Shown one piece after another: positions 36,776-52,519 of a stretch of DNA of 64,000 bases; positions within the stretch are counted from its first letter, which is position 1; every line of letters starts with the position of its first letter. The stretch is from contig NC_092672.1 in NCBI RefSeq assembly GCF_964355755.1, positions 29,332,437-29,396,436 on the forward strand. The letters are read 5' to 3'. Origin of the DNA: Antedon mediterranea. Its lineage: Eukaryota > Animalia > Echinodermata. The notes under the pieces are model-generated. The model did not search any database. It was not told the DNA's origin and was given only the letters and a program-made list of their open reading frames with translations. The position numbers and the translations under genes were made by a program.

Positions 36776-39700
36776 AAGCCGCTATCTAAACGGATTGTAA
36801 ACAATCTACATACCAAAGTAACAATAGGCGGATAATGCTGGTTATTGCCTAAGAACTGTAATAAAAAAAATACAACTTGTTAAGCATTAAAATAACTATT
36901 AAAAATCTAAGATATTTTATTTATTATTACTTTTTAATATATTAACATAGAATTAATAGTAACTGAATAATATTTGTACAACATTCCAATCGAAATCGAT
37001 ATCTAATTAAATCGGTAATTGGTGTCCTAATTAAAACAATTTTCATTTAATTACACAGTAAAATGCTAATTACCGTTTACTGTAATTATAAAATAAATGT
37101 TAGCAATTACAATGAATTTCCTCACATTTCCATATACTTTAAAATGATTTAGAAACTCCTTTTTATCTAAGAAAATTGTATTAGTTTTTTTAAGGAAACA
37201 AATTAAGGAAAAAATACAGAACAGTATACAAATTAAAGGCCTATGGTCTCAGATAATTGAAGAAGTGTGAGTCGCTTTTATGTTGACTTAAACTAACCAG
37301 AACATTTTCTCAATATTTTAGGTCTATGGTGTATAAAAACTAAGTAGTTTATTTTAAGAACAAAGTCAAAATTTGGAAACTTTTTTGACTTTTCTTGTGA
37401 TCAACGTCAACGATTTTTGTGTGCATTAATCTTTGTGTATTTTTTTTTTATGTTGTTTATATTAATATATCTATATGTGCAATTTCCGTTTAAATTTATT
37501 GCTAAATACAGCAGGAACTTACTTAAATGATATTTTCTAACTTAATGGGTTTTGATGATTTAGTTTTGTTGTCATTATATTATCATTGATATTACTCCAT
37601 ACCTGTATTCACCAACTAAATATGAATTATAGCAGAGTAATTGTGTTAATGATCCAACACTTAATTATTGTAAGCATACATTCTTAACAATGTCCACAAC
37701 TTATATGTTGCTATAAACCATTCTCTTTTCCTAAAGGGTGATTAAATAAAAGGAATTTTAAATATGAACGATATTAAGACACGCGACGCGAACTTTAATT
37801 GCCAGCTCAAGCAGTAGAGGCACCTGTTAACATTTTTAATTATATTTGTATTAATCTGTTATAAATGCATATTTCAACTTTTTAGATTTTGATAGGCCTA
37901 CATTTTCTTTTTTTTTGTGGAAGTTTTTAAAAGTAATACTTTACACTTAGTATCTTTCCATGTTGAAATCACTGTCTAAGAAACACTAAAGGTAACATTA
38001 CCTACATATTCTTTCAAGAATAAAATAAGTAAACTAAGACTATACTTTTTCTTTTGAGAAATTCATATAGAAATTGGTATAGGGTATTAGTGACATCCTT
38101 GTTCGGACCAGAGAGACCAAAGATTAAGAATAAGATGGGTGTTTTTTTTGTCCTAAATGTGTCCATTAGTAGTGGGTTTACTGTATGATAAATTGCATTA
38201 TATACATAATTCATAAGACGTAATTTAAGGGAAATAAATAAATCATTTTTAAAAAGTTATTTCTACAAAGAAAATATCTTACCTTTCAATTAGTATCCTA
38301 ATCACTTCCTTAGGTATTTTTCTATTATGGGAATAAATAAACAGGTATTATACAAAAATCTATTCAGAATTCATTCCATTGATGTCAAAGCGTTGGGAGT
38401 TGGCCTGAGTCATTAGGACACAAAAGTCCTGGTAGCCTACTTGGTCATTTTAAAGCCCCTGGGATTTCTAGGGTAGTAGGCCTAAGTAAGAAAGCACTTA
38501 TTTTACCACGCTGTATATAGGCCTACTTGTCAGGATAATGGGCCTTCTGCGTGGGTGCTACTTTATCATTAACGAAGTAATAATACTTTCATAGGCTTAG
38601 ATTTGATTTCAACCACACTCGATTCACCAGGGACAAAAAGTAGTGAGCCCTCTATCGGCAGCCAATCGTTTTTGCACACGAGACAGCGTGGACAATTACC
38701 CGGAAGCAACTTTGTTTTGAAAAGTAAATCTTAGGTTTTTGCAAACTGGCCAATTGGAACTTTTGGTTTTATTTACTAATGAATAATTCATGAAAACCTT
38801 TGACAAGGCATCTACGAACCACGTGATATTGTTTTTTAATCGACGAACCCATTATATTTGTGTGAAACAAGGGTGAATTACACCGATGTTTTTTAAACAA
38901 TTTTAGGCTATTCGAATGTTAAAATTTCGTCTAATTTGTTGAGGCTGTAATAAAACAACGCAATTTTTTGAGAAGGTGGGTTTTATAGTTTCTGTATATT
39001 TGATTTTTCAATAGTAGTTAATAAAAAAATCTCGTTGGGGTTATTTTTTATTTTTTTTTAATGGCTGCTTAAACATGTGCCTTCTTGGGTATTTCACTAT
39101 TGAAAATGGAACACATGGTTGTAGCTAAAATCATTTTTTACGCCATAAGATAAAAAATGTGGTTTTGTAAATTAATAAGGGCAACATATAATATATAGGA
39201 AAGCTGTTTTTAATCATAAAACTCTACAAAGCTTCTTTTTTTTATTTATAAATCAATATAGTCTAGGCCTAGTAGTACAGTAGGAGAGCCAGGCTTTAGC
39301 CTATAGTGGGGTAGTGCGTGCATTATTGGCGCGTGTTCATTGTCGGGCGCGCGTTGTTTATAGGCCTAAGAAAATAAGTAAAATATACAAATATAATTGA
39401 ATAATGATTATTATTAATTGAATGTTGTTTTTATTTTTACAGACCACAGAGGATTGTTCTACATACTTCAATACAAATAGCATTAAATCAACAACAATGT
39501 CTTATGAGTCATATTAATTGCTCTGGCATATAATGTGAAAAAGCACTATTAATACTGTAATAATGGATATCTATAGATGTACTGCCAAAAAGACATTTTA
39601 TTTTTTAAAAACTTTAACTAATATCCTAATTTGCTTATTTAAAGGTTCAAGTGGCGCTTGGTTGTTGTGCAGTAGTTTAATAAAGTTTAAATGTACATTT

Positions 39701-41992
39701 CAAATCGGCAAATAAATAATGGTAATAGGCCTACAGTACTGCAGTAAAGAAAATCTTTTCGAAGATTAGGCTTAGTACAAAAGATGTTAGCTAAGTTGAT
39801 GTAGAAAACTTGTTGTCTGATTTTTAAGGTAAAATTTGTGATAATATTAAAAGTTAAAATGTTAATTGGTGTGTATTTGTATTTCATTTATTGCTCCATT
39901 ATTATAATAAAAAGCAGGGAACCATGAAATTTCATTTTAGCTCCGATAAAAAGTAAACATTTTCAGCATATACTGTACTTAAATCAATCATATGTTAGTG
40001 ACAGGTGACATTAACAGATTTATTATGAGATTACTAGTAAGCCTACTAGTAGGTTTAGCTCTATTCATAAAAATAATGACATTATATACTGTACATTAAT
40101 TAATTAGCCTAGCTAGGCCTAACTAATTTTACTGATTTTTCAGTATTTTACCAAGTCAACCGTTCAGGCATGCAGACAGTCCTCACTTCACACTAATCTT
40201 CATAATTTTAAGAAAAATGAAAGTTCAGCACTTTATTTTAAAATTTATAAGCCCATATTATAAGATTCTGCATCATCCACTTAACAAGAACTAAAATCGA
40301 GAGCCCAGTGATAGAGCGCATCTTCCGACGTTCTCGTCGCCTAAGGAAACGAGTATTCCAGCCCTGCCGCGTCTTCCTAGGCCTACGCGCACCGCACTTT
40401 CGCTCAAAATACACTATCTTAAACTCCTTATAGAATTTGTTTGAAAAATAACCCCAAGCTTATATTTGGAAATCTTTGAAAATGCATATAAGACTATATT
40501 ATAGCGTTTTCAGAATTTCATTTAAAAATTGCAAATTAATGTTAGCTATTTTAACAGATTAGTTAGTTTTCACTTTTTTGTTTTCGCCGTATGACTCGCT
40601 TTGTTTACGTATACATTTGGCTTAGACGTTTATCTTAGAATTCGAATCAATTAATCCATAATCAACTAAAATTGCTATTGTTGTGGTTTTTGTTTAATAT
40701 AAATGTTCTTAATAAACAGAAATAAATCAAACAACAATATAATTTAATATAAATCGGTTAAAAGGGAAATTTATATAAAACACGGAAGTCAGAACTCGCG
40801 TCGCTCGAAATGCTCGGGAACTTTCTATTTATAGCCAATCGAAAAAGGCTCCGGCTAACTTAAACAATGAAAACGGCTCTCGGAACACTTAATGTCCCAT
40901 TTTCGCTGTTTGACGTGGATGTGCAACCTCTCTTTCTGTTCGTATTTTAATCGTAACATTTGGCTAGTGTATAACTTTTAACAGGCCTGTCATATCACCA
41001 AAGCTAGGCATTTTAAAAGTTGTTTTTTTTTAAAACTAATTTTGTTGTTTTTCTGACTTTTTCTTTCTAACTATTATATAATCTAAACTATATCTCAATA
41101 TCAATCTTTTTATATTTATTTTAAATGATTACAGAACAAAATAAATAAATAAATAAAAAGCTTGTTTTTTATTTGTTTACAAGCAAGTAATGCTGAGACT
41201 TAGATAAAGTAACATAAACCTAAACTCGACTGGTTTTTGCCAGTTCTGAATATTTTTTAGAACAAAATAAAGTTAAAGATAAGATAGTAATGTATCTAAA
41301 AAGCCTTAACTTGCTTTTATTTTGTTTTGAGATTTTAGCCCGCTGATTTTTATAAAACATGTTCTTTGTAATATTCTAAAAATATATGAGTAATAAAAAT
41401 AAACAAAAATTTTTATAAAAGAATGAAAAGTCTAGACTATAATACAAATAATATTGTTGGAAGGAACACACGTGTTCAATCTTTCTTTTAAGTTGACTTG
41501 GTGATGATTCAATGTTTGTATTCGGTCGGCGCGGAACTGATTTTCTTGTATTTTTACCCTTCAGTTGATTCCTCGCTTGATCATACACATTACTGTTAAA
41601 TCGAGTGTTAGTAAATTGGCTATTTATCAGAAGCATTCTTGTGAGTCAGCAACACGTTCACATATTGGAAAATTGAACAACCACTTCTGAAACATCAATA
41701 AATATTTTGTAAATTTGTTTTGTTCTAAATGACTAAGCCAGATCAAATAAAGGACAAAAGTCTTCAATCAAAGTATTTTAGCTTTATAGAGGCTTATTAC
41801 AAGATGTCTTAATATTCAAGGAATTTAAATTGTTAAATTTTATATTACTTAATGTTGTTTCATTGCTCATTTCGTTGTTTTTAAAACCAGTAATGTATTT
41901 AAGTTAACCATGGCATTATAGATGAACACATTCGAGGTGATTTATGTTATAAAAATAAAGTTTGTATTAATCTCTATGTTAAATTAAAGAAT

Positions 41993-42517
41993 ACACTGTC
42001 TAGAAACACTGAAGGCACTACACCACCTACACATTCAAGACACTGTCTAGAAACACTTAAGGCACTACACCACCTACACATTCAAGACACTGTCTAGAAA
42101 CACTGAAGGCACTACACCACCTACACATTCAAGACACTGTCTAGAAACACTGAAGGCACTACACCACCTACACATTCAAGACACTGTCTAGAAACACTGA
42201 AGGCACTACACCACCTACACATTCAAGACACTGTCTAGAAACACTGAAGGCACTACACCACCTACACATTCAAGACACTGTCTAGAAACACTGAAGTCAC
42301 TACACCACCTACACATTCAAGACACTGTCTAGAAACACTGAAGGCACTACACCACCTACACATTCAAGACACTGTCTAGAAACACTGAAGGCACTACACC
42401 ACCTACACATTCAAGACACTGTCTAGAAACACTGAAGGCACTACACCACCTACACATTCAAGACACTGTCTAGAAACACTGAAGTCACTACACCACCTAC
42501 ACATTCAAGACACTGTC
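41993..42517. repeat. 47-bp minisatellite, 11 near-perfect copies
   Basis: Unit ACACTGTCTAGAAACACTGAAGGCACTACACCACCTACACATTCAAG. Confidence 0.97.
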
Positions 42518-42704
42518 GAAAGATCTTTTAATATTGATTTAGAATATAAGTATACTTTGTTAGGAAAGTTCACAAAAGTACTAATTTCTAAACGTTACAA
42601 AGAAATATAATCATTCATTATTAATTAAAATTATTATTTATTATTGTACTTGGGCCAGTGGCCTACATACTATTAAATAAATAAATGGATGAATGAATGT
42701 ATTA

Positions 42705-42706
<2 letters not shown>

Positions 42707-42767
<61 letters not shown>
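42707..42767. repeat. (AT)n microsatellite
   Basis: About 30 perfect AT units. Confidence 0.97.
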
Positions 42768-42770
<3 letters not shown>

Positions 42771-43189
42771 GAATATTATACAAGTATGAATATAGTTTTA
42801 ACAACATTTCTCTTTATATTTTGTTTTGACGATTTGGCCTGAGTTTCTTGCTTTGTCTGATATCTGTTTTGTTATCTTGATATTCAGTCCCTGTTTTTCC
42901 ACATAATTGTTTTCCCTGTAATTTTTCCTTCGAATGTATTATTAGCAATTTCCTGATTTAATTAAAAACAAGAATATTGTTTGTAGGCCTGGCTAGTAAA
43001 TAGTAAAACTCCAGAAGACGATTGCAACTTAACAACAGAAATGACATTCTCAATTATACAGTACTCCTTTAAGGGACACTTAGGAATGTCGCCTAAATAT
43101 GAGTTTCTTCTGAATGAGACTGTAAATCCCATAAACAAGGCAGTCCACAATGATGGGTTATATTGTATGTCCTTTTTTTTTAAACCATA

Positions 43190-43385
43190 TTTTAATGAGG
43201 GTGATCCATCCAGCTATTGCTGATCATTAGGGACCCTCAGAGGTTCACAAGACAAACATTCATATACACAAGATGCTCTACATAAACAAAGTGGAGTAAT
43301 TTTGTCCTTAGAAAATATCCTGACATGTGACGGGACCCTTGGAGTGGTAGCCAAGCATCATAACCACCAAGCCACAACTCCACTT
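43190..43385 (-). mobile_element. tRNA-derived SINE (family B)
   Basis: Body matches 28935-29080 (+), head matches 4322-4416, 3' tail (GGTCCCTAATGATCAGC...CACCCTC) matches 56137-56232. Confidence 0.75.
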
Positions 43386-46300
43386 TTTAATGCACGGTGG
43401 TGTACCAGAAACACACAAAAAATAAAATTATATATTTTTTGGTCATTTCTCACGAAACGATGACGGTGCTTCTGTGCAGCCTGATTGTTTACTAATTATT
43501 GAAGTTGATTAATTTGCATAAACTTCACTACCACCAAGAACTCACTACTGTATCCGTTTTACCGTGGGAAAGGAAGCCTCTAAAGTCTTCTTTAAGCTTT
43601 TGGCATTCTTGTTACGTCACGCCATTCACTTAATTGATAGTAACGGCATAGCAATATCATTACGCACATTATGATTTTCTGATACTGTACTACTAGTAGT
43701 ATAGGCCTGGAAATTATAATTACAGTAGATCCTCTATAGAGGGGACACATTTAGAGCCCAAACAAGTTTCCTCTTATTAGTGGTGTCCCCTTAATAGGGA
43801 TTTGAAGTAGCGCCGGCTAGATAGACCACCCTCGTCAAATATTGTTGAAATGAATAAATTAAAAAAATAATATATATCATTCGGTTCACAAGAATGTGTC
43901 CAATTTATAGGGGTGTCCCAAAGGAGGTGTTCTACTTTTCTATAAATAAAGAATTAGTATGTATTCGCTAATACATTCCTCCTATACATGGTATACACCT
44001 ATTCAAGGGATACACTATTATTAAGGATCACTTTCCCATGATGAATAAGGTTAGATATAATGTGTTAACATTACATCCAACCTCTATTCAAGAGACACTA
44101 CTATTAGGTCCTGAAGGTATCCCATAATAGGGGGTGCTAATGTAATACTAACGTGCATTAAAGCTAATAAATTGAATTTATTATTATATAGACCTAATGT
44201 TATTAGATATTGATTTTTCATGATCAACAGGAATTTTGTATTTAAGGCATTTTATATTATGAAATGATATTTCATGAACTAAGGAAAATATTTGAAATAA
44301 TACTATTGAGCGAATTTATTTAAAAACAAATTTATTTTTAGTGCAGTTTTTGATCCACTGCTTTTAAATATGGATTTTAATATATTATCTTATACAATTT
44401 GTTTGTGGATTTGTCTCTTATAAAATATCTGATTTTAATACACGCGTTCTTTTCTTGGCGCCCAAACTGTAATTTTGCATCTTCGCGCCCAAAGACTCTG
44501 AGAACAAGAGTAAGTAGATTTGATTATCAATCCTACTGATTAACTTAAGTAGCCGTCAATCTGAGTTTAAGAGGGAAGTGTGTATGAGACATCAAAACAA
44601 GATGCAAATTGAGATTTGTTTAATTGTGTTAGCTCCTATTTATACGCGCAGCAAATTAGAGTCTTCTATCCAAGTCTGGGAATTCAAATGCCTGTGAATG
44701 TATGTGTGAAGGAATGTAAATTTATCCAATCCACAAGTCTTATTCATACTTGTAAAGTACATGATATTGAAAGCACTAATCCCCCTTGTAGCAAATAGAA
44801 AGGTCCTTTGGCTATTCTTTCATATTTATGCCGACGAAACAGGGCTTTTATTCTAGCCACGAACCTCAATAGGAGAACTTGAAAGCTCGGGTGCGCTTAA
44901 CAATAACCTCCGCTCGGTGTTATTATTCTACGGGATGTAGACACTCGTTCCCACGGTAGAGAATAAAGAACCTGCACACCCAGCCATTGTTCGTGCTTAT
45001 TACTAATTGTAAACAACCACAATACACCGGGGCTTTTATACGGCTTACAACCTGTACGTTGAATTTGTATACTCGATCAGAGTGTGGGAAAGTCCAACGA
45101 AAAGCCACCAAGACCAAAGGCGTTGACACACGATAAGAGTATGACAATAGGGCCGACTACATGCATGAGGTCTTCCGGATAGATCGAAGGACGATGAACA
45201 ATACAAATAAGCCCTAACTACTTGACTTGTCGTACCCTCTATATGAGAAGATAGAAATATAAGGAGGTCGAATATAGAAATAAAATATTCGGGACCTTCT
45301 AAGGAGAGAGCGCTACAATGGTCGTCGGCAGCAAATATTGACATTTTAAATAAACTTAACAGAAACAAAATTGGTAACATTTAAAAGAGATTCATAAAAA
45401 ATATAAGTTAATCATAGTTCGTCGGAAGGTTGGATTTAAATTGATGGTGGTAGCCCTAATTAAATTCGTTGAAACTAGAAATGGCATCATCATAGTTTCC
45501 TCCATGGTATCATTAATAAAAGTCAGCTTCAGTAAAATTCCGTAAAATTGATCTACTAATACTTTTCCACTATTTGACTACAAAAATGTTAACTGAAAAA
45601 TTCTCCACATGTTAATTTTATAGTAAATACAACACATGGTGGATTGAATTAACATACCGGTATGGAATATGAATCACTATTATTTATGTAATTATGCAGT
45701 TTAACAAGTTATAACGTTAGGTCTAATTTCAAAAACTGTGAATTTATCTCACTAAGTATCTGTTTTTAATCTGTCTTCTAATCCAATAATGGTCTTTAAA
45801 ATGTCTTATGTATTATATGTATTGTGATTGCCATTATTGAATTAATAAATGTTCTAATCTTAACTAGTTTGAAAAAATAGTGTGAAGTGCCCGAAAGGTA
45901 GTGATATTACATCATCATGTCCATCATGGGTACATTACATTTTGTTACATACAGTTTGAAAGTGTAGACAAACCTTCAGAATTCCAGATAATAAACACAT
46001 GATTTTCTAGTTTATGTTCTTTAAGCAATCAAGGACCATCCTAGGTCTAATTTAATTAGAGGTCCTTTTTTGTAAACAACAATTAATTACCATTAAGCAT
46101 TTGGAGTAATGATATTCTAATATAAATTTACGTTTTGATTTTAATATTTTCAAATAGGCCTAGCCAATCCGCCATGGTTTATCGCCTTGTGGAAAAAGCT
46201 TCTTTAAAAAAAAAGTTTTAAAGTAAGTCCTAATGTCAACAACCCCTATTGAACGAACCTATTCTTCTTACAAAAAGTTCAACAACTTTGTTACTTTTAT

Positions 46301-49300
46301 CGATACAGTGTACCCATACTACCCCTTGGGAGGAAATCAATGGCCAGAGGAATTGCGCTATTGTACCCAGGAGAGCATTTTGCAACGCGCCCTAACCTAT
46401 CTTAACTTTAAAGTCCTGTAACATCTAAGGCAATAAGGCCATAGTTGAAATATATCTAACAATATATTTAACTAAACACTAAATAGCACACATATTGAAA
46501 TATTTTATAATGTTGTGTTGTTCCATACTGTATAATACTATTTTTTTATATTTTAAAGCTTAATTATTATTAACTTAGGTAGGTATATACAAGAAAAATC
46601 GTTAGTTTGTCATAATGTTCGATTCCAAAACATTAGGTATTAGGTATTTTAATTACAAACGAAAAAGAATCCTCAAGAAGTGTTTCATTCTCTCAACACA
46701 AACATTTCACCATTTAATTTTTCACCAGTACCACCCTAAAGCTTTCGTGAACTTAGGATTCGTGACACCCTTAAAACTTTAACTGTATAAGTCTACACCT
46801 GTGTCATCTCTCTATGTGCTAATTAGACATATTGGAATATTTTGTTTGAAAAAAAATAGTGTACAATGTATTTGCAAATGTTTTGTTGTTGTGTGTGTTT
46901 ATATAACAATACGCATTCATTAATGAGGTTTAAAAACCCGAAACAGTGGTATTTCAGACATTGATTAAAACTGTTGAATATCCATTAACCAGTAATTACC
47001 GTACTTCATATGTTATAATAGGCTTTTGTATTTCTTTAAGAGGATGAGAAAGAAACTTTCTTTAACAAAAATAGCATACTGATTAATATTAAATGATATA
47101 TTATAAATATTAATTGAATTGCTAAATTATTTATAGGTCATCATTTACAATTGATATAACTTTGCACAATTCATCAAAAGCGTCACCAATACTACTTAAT
47201 GACATTATTGTGCCCCTGAAATAAATAATTTATTATTTTGCTTTTTTTAATATTCCATTTTGATGTTTCATAATAGTTAGTAAAAAATAGTTACCAAAAG
47301 AAACTAATTGAAAGCAAACAAATATTCAAATTGGCTGCCAGCCAATGGTTTTTGAAATTAACTGTTTGTTTTGTTTTTTTATAAGTGAAACATTTTTTTT
47401 TATTTCTGCGGAAGTAATTAACTTTATTATAACTACAAAATGGCCTATTCAAAATCTTCATTTTGGGGGACAATACATCTTTAAAACTGTTTTGTAGATC
47501 TATGGTTGTCTATCTTTACATTAGCAATACCGTACTTTAAATTGAAATAAAGTTATTTGAAAAACAAATGAAAAAGGGTTCAGAAAGATTGCAAGATGTT
47601 TTGGATGATGAAGAATTTTCCCAGGCTTGTTGGATAAAAGAAATACCTTAATACGTCATAACTTCCTTCTCAAGCGCAGGCGTGAACGTTCTTGCCACAA
47701 CAAAATTACTTTGCAATAAGGATATGCGGGCATTACGTGGCACGGAATTTTAGACGGCCCTGCCCAATTAAGACAATACTATACAAAATCGTATCTTGTA
47801 CCATAGAGATATTATACTGTAATATCTCTATGCTTGTACTGACTTGTCATCTAATACGTGCCAAAATAAGTTCTGTTTAAATTTATAGAAAATATAAGAA
47901 AAACACCAAGTAGGACTAGGCGTACTGAAAGTTATGATAGATGCGGGCATTTTGTAAAGCAAAAATTAATTACAACGGATTATCGAGCATTAATTAAATT
48001 TGTCTCTTCTAAAATTCATATTTGAAGCCATTTTTTGTAAGAGCAAATTTTCTAAGCTGGAACACTCAGGAGGCGGGAATCTTTAAAACTTGTAGGCCTA
48101 ATAGTCTGCACTTTTTCCACCCACCCTAATTAACCAAGAAGACGATTTTTTTAAACCCATGGTACAATGTTTCCAAACTTCTTCTTGGTTTAGGGGCATG
48201 AACATTTTTTTCCCTTGATGATTGTACCAATTTGATCAAATTAAATGTTAAAACAAAGCACAAAAGAGAAACTTTAGGACTTAGTGTTAGAAAGTTATTT
48301 TATAAAGCAGGGTTCATTATGAATACAAACCAAGACACAGGAACGGCAACATCATTTTGGTAACAATTGTCAAACCGTTGCGTTGTGTATCGTTCAATTT
48401 TACCAGGTCTCAATTATGCATGGCCTAGACCTCGTCGTATAATCGAACCACAATGATACCTCATTAATATAATCTATACCAATCCCAAACTCATCTATCT
48501 GCGAATTGGGCCCAAGACAAACGTCTTGAACAATTTCTAAAATACCAATTATTTAAACTGTCTACAATTTGAAATATTTTTACGATTAAAGATTATTTTG
48601 GTAAATGATAATACCAAAACGGAAATCATAAAGTTCCGTTAAAAACTGTAGCATTGTTACGTCAAATTTTATTGCGCTTTTAAATAATCATTTTAATACT
48701 TTGGATTTAATTTAACAAAGTATCAATAAAGTAGGAATTACCGAAAGCGATTATAAATTGTAAATGTTTCAAATTCCATTTTAAGCGTTCTTTTATTCTT
48801 TTAGTAACGGGCCATTTCATATTTTCACTTGCAGAGCAGGTGCCGGTATGAAATTAAAACTTTTTGAGCCTTTCGGAATGCTGGGAGCAGGTAAGAACCG
48901 TGGCCTTTTCCGCTTGACAGGTACTACAAAAGGTATCAGGGCTTAACCCGTGCAATAACCTGCTAATCGATACTTAGATCACGTGATCAATTCTAACCTG
49001 TCGTCGACCAAACAAAGAGCTTAAACGAACAAACACTCCGATGCGCGCTCTTTTTGAATTGGCAAAGATTTCGAAACTATAGCATTTTCTATAGATGCAA
49101 ACCATCTGTCTCGTTTTAACGGTTCTCACTGTATAAACACTGGAGGTTTTAGATAACAAAAGAATTGGACTTCTTAACAGGTTGTTTTCCACCTGCACCT
49201 GCAATATCATCAATAGAAACAAAATCGAAACTATCTCTTTTAAAAAATGCAGTTCAGGCCTACTTTCTGACCTATCAAAGAATAAACAAAACTTGAAAAA

Positions 49301-52300
49301 TTAGCTTGAGAGAGGCCGAGGCTTCATTTACCATACAACAAAGTGAAATATAATAGGCCTAGGAATTTTTAAAAGGCCTAAAATAATAAGTTTTTGTATA
49401 CATCCAAAAAACAACGTGAAATTAAGTTGGTTGTTATAAATACCACTATTGCAAAATGTTTGCTGGTCTCCTCACTGAACATGCACGGTAATCTTGCTCG
49501 TTTCAAAAACCTAAATTCAAATTATGTTTAGAACTCAACAGCAAGTAGAAAGATTGCAGAAATTGTGCAACACTTTTTGATGTACATTAATTTATACCAT
49601 AGTACATTTAGAAATGTATATATATTATTATGTAGAAACTAATTTGTTCCTGAGTTATTGAGAATTGTGAACTCTGTATTATTTTTTCCGAAATAAAAGA
49701 TGAAATAAAATAAAGATTGCCACCAACTCTAGATGTGACTATTAGCGTCATGATATTTTTATGAACTAGTAAAATATTGCTTGCTTGACAGCCCGAATGT
49801 GTGTTTACCTGGCTAACTTTGATTACCCTTTGAGTGTTTTTTGTATTTTTATATGCGATATTTTATGTTTTACTTTAATTTTGTTTATGTAATGAATTGT
49901 GTTAGTTCAAATCAAGTAAAGGATACCAATTTGTGGATTAATTGTTTTAAACTCAGATTGTTGTGTAGGCCTATTTAACACAATAGATACCGCGTGCCTG
50001 TTTGAATTTTCAATAGGATCAGTTTCTTTTTCTCATTAGACATAAAACCTACTCGTTTAAAGTTAAAATTTGTTTGGCTTTTGTTTTGCAAACTGTTGTG
50101 GCTTTAGCTTTTTCAATTATTTTTTTTAATTTTGCCTTTTTTCCAATTGTTTTCAGGTCGTTATTGTTTAATTTATTCAATTTCAATTTTATTTCTGCTG
50201 TGTTAATGAATAAATATTTATTGGATTTTTGTTTACAATTCTTTTATTTTCTAATTTTTCGTGTTCATTATCAAAACTTATATTCTGGTAATGACATGTA
50301 ATCAACACACTGCTCAATAATTATCGTATGACATCATCATTCCAATCTATTGTTATCGAATTCGATAATTATACGTACGCGGTACTGTCGAATCATGAAA
50401 TACAGCTACCCTGATACGGATAATCATGACTATTTCTAACAACAAACGTAGAAAAGGTTCCCACACTCTTAACAATGCTTCGTGTGGCCAACACGCGTTC
50501 AAATCTGATCCGGATTAATTGATTGAACTAGCTCCGGGCTATTGTTTGCCTAACGCCTTATTTGAAGCAACGGCAAACAAACACAATGGTGTGGACTTGG
50601 TTCCCACAGTATTGAGCATCTCGACCGACTTCGGTATGTTGGTCATGTACATATCTATAGGGGGCGCTGCATAAGCAAGGGGTCTCTCCCTACCAAAAGA
50701 ACAAATATTTAAACAAATAAACTACTAAAATTAACAATATTTTTTTAGATTTACATAAGTATGTTTGGGCTATGACAAGTCGTAATATTTTTTTAGACAA
50801 TTTTGTTTATAGGCCTATTTTAATCTATCATAAATAGGCCTAGATTTCAATGAATAGGTTAACTATTGAGATATCACAATACGGTAACATATTTTGATTT
50901 TAACCAATGTTTTAACTAACTCTAAAAATCGAAATCTAATGAACACGTTCTATTCCTGCAACTGTGTTCTCGTATGATCTCTATCGATATAACTAGAACA
51001 TCACTTATAAATGACAAGCTTAGAAAATATGGAAATGAAAAATTTAGGCCTACTAAACAACACAGGTTTACCACCAGGGACATACACAGCCCACGAGAGT
51101 AACGAATGGCAGGGCGAGACCTATACAATATTTATATACTAACATGTTAATATTGTAATGTTATTATTTTAATTAATGTCTAGTTGTATTTACAGTAGAC
51201 ACAATAAAATGTGTAAATACAGACATTAATTTGTCACCTGGTCCAAGTGTCTAAGGGAAAATGGATGGATAAGCGTATATCGCTTATTTCTGTTATTTGA
51301 CCTATTTAGCCAGACTTTTTCAAGAAACAAATGCGTGATGCGTTTGGTTACAGGCCTGTAAAATTGAATAGTGTTACAACTTTATTTAATTTAGCCTCAG
51401 TCTCGAAACCAACTTGCACTCACCAGCAGGCGAATATAAATGCATTAATTTCATGTAAGAGTGTGCCAGGCGCATGCAGTATTCGCGAAAGTGACCACAA
51501 ACAACACAGAAAAAAATCAAGTAAACACGCTCGCCTGACTTGTCGGTAGCGGGCGCGTGTCAATTAATACATTCTGATTTGTTACTCGCTTGGCGATTAA
51601 GTATAATAGGTCTTAATAATCGTAACCAGTAGCAGAGTGCGCTGGCTATAATTTTCCCATGACCCGACACGCGCCGTTCTTGGCTCATCTGCCGGTTCGC
51701 CTACAAGCTAAATTGCTACATCCGTAAGTGGGAGGAAAGGCGGTGTGTGCGGTTTGTTGGCGACATGTGCCACTTTCAATTAGTTTACTTTTTTGATATT
51801 ATATATAATTGTTTTTTGTTCGTAAATTAGGTATATTGATACTGTGCATGCGCTGGAAGAATACAAGTTGTATATGGTCAATCTGCCCAATGCTTTTTGT
51901 TGAATGATGGCTACAGGTCACTTTAGTTAATTGATATACAATACTATTATTTATCATTATATGATTATATAACAATTATAAGTATTGTATTTTTATATTA
52001 TGCCTAAAGGCAGAAAATATAACGTACTGTCTCTTAAAAAATAAAAGATTTATTTTATTTATCCAAAGACAATTTACTTTGGTAATGATAATGCAGTGTT
52101 TAATCTCAATGGAGATACAATTAAAATAAGCAGAAAGCTAAAACAAAACTCTTAAAGACACAAAGTTAAACAACCAGAAAAAGTTTCAAGCTTTCGGAAA
52201 GCAGTATTTCATCATGAATATGCGTGTGTAGATGAAAAAGCATCTGTAATCTTGTCCTTTCACGTGTTTAATCTTGTCCCTTGCCAACTTCAAAACAAAT

Positions 52301-52519
52301 AAAAATAGAAAAAAAACCCACAAAATATTACTTATAAAAACAATGGAAAAAATATATTTAAAAATATAAAAATGAAATTCTGAAACATACAAAGTATACA
52401 GTTTACGCGCACAATCCTGTATACTTTTTTTTTATCAACATTAAACGCTGCGCGCACATCAAAAACGTCCAGTGTAGCTTGATAAATGTTAGATCGAACT
52501 TATCTATCTAGTTTCTATT

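Noticed and set aside
41993-42517. CRISPR-like regular array
   Set aside because: Head-to-tail near-identical units with no unique spacers, no cas genes, eukaryotic context. The same applies to the arrays at 16000, 54256 and 56400.
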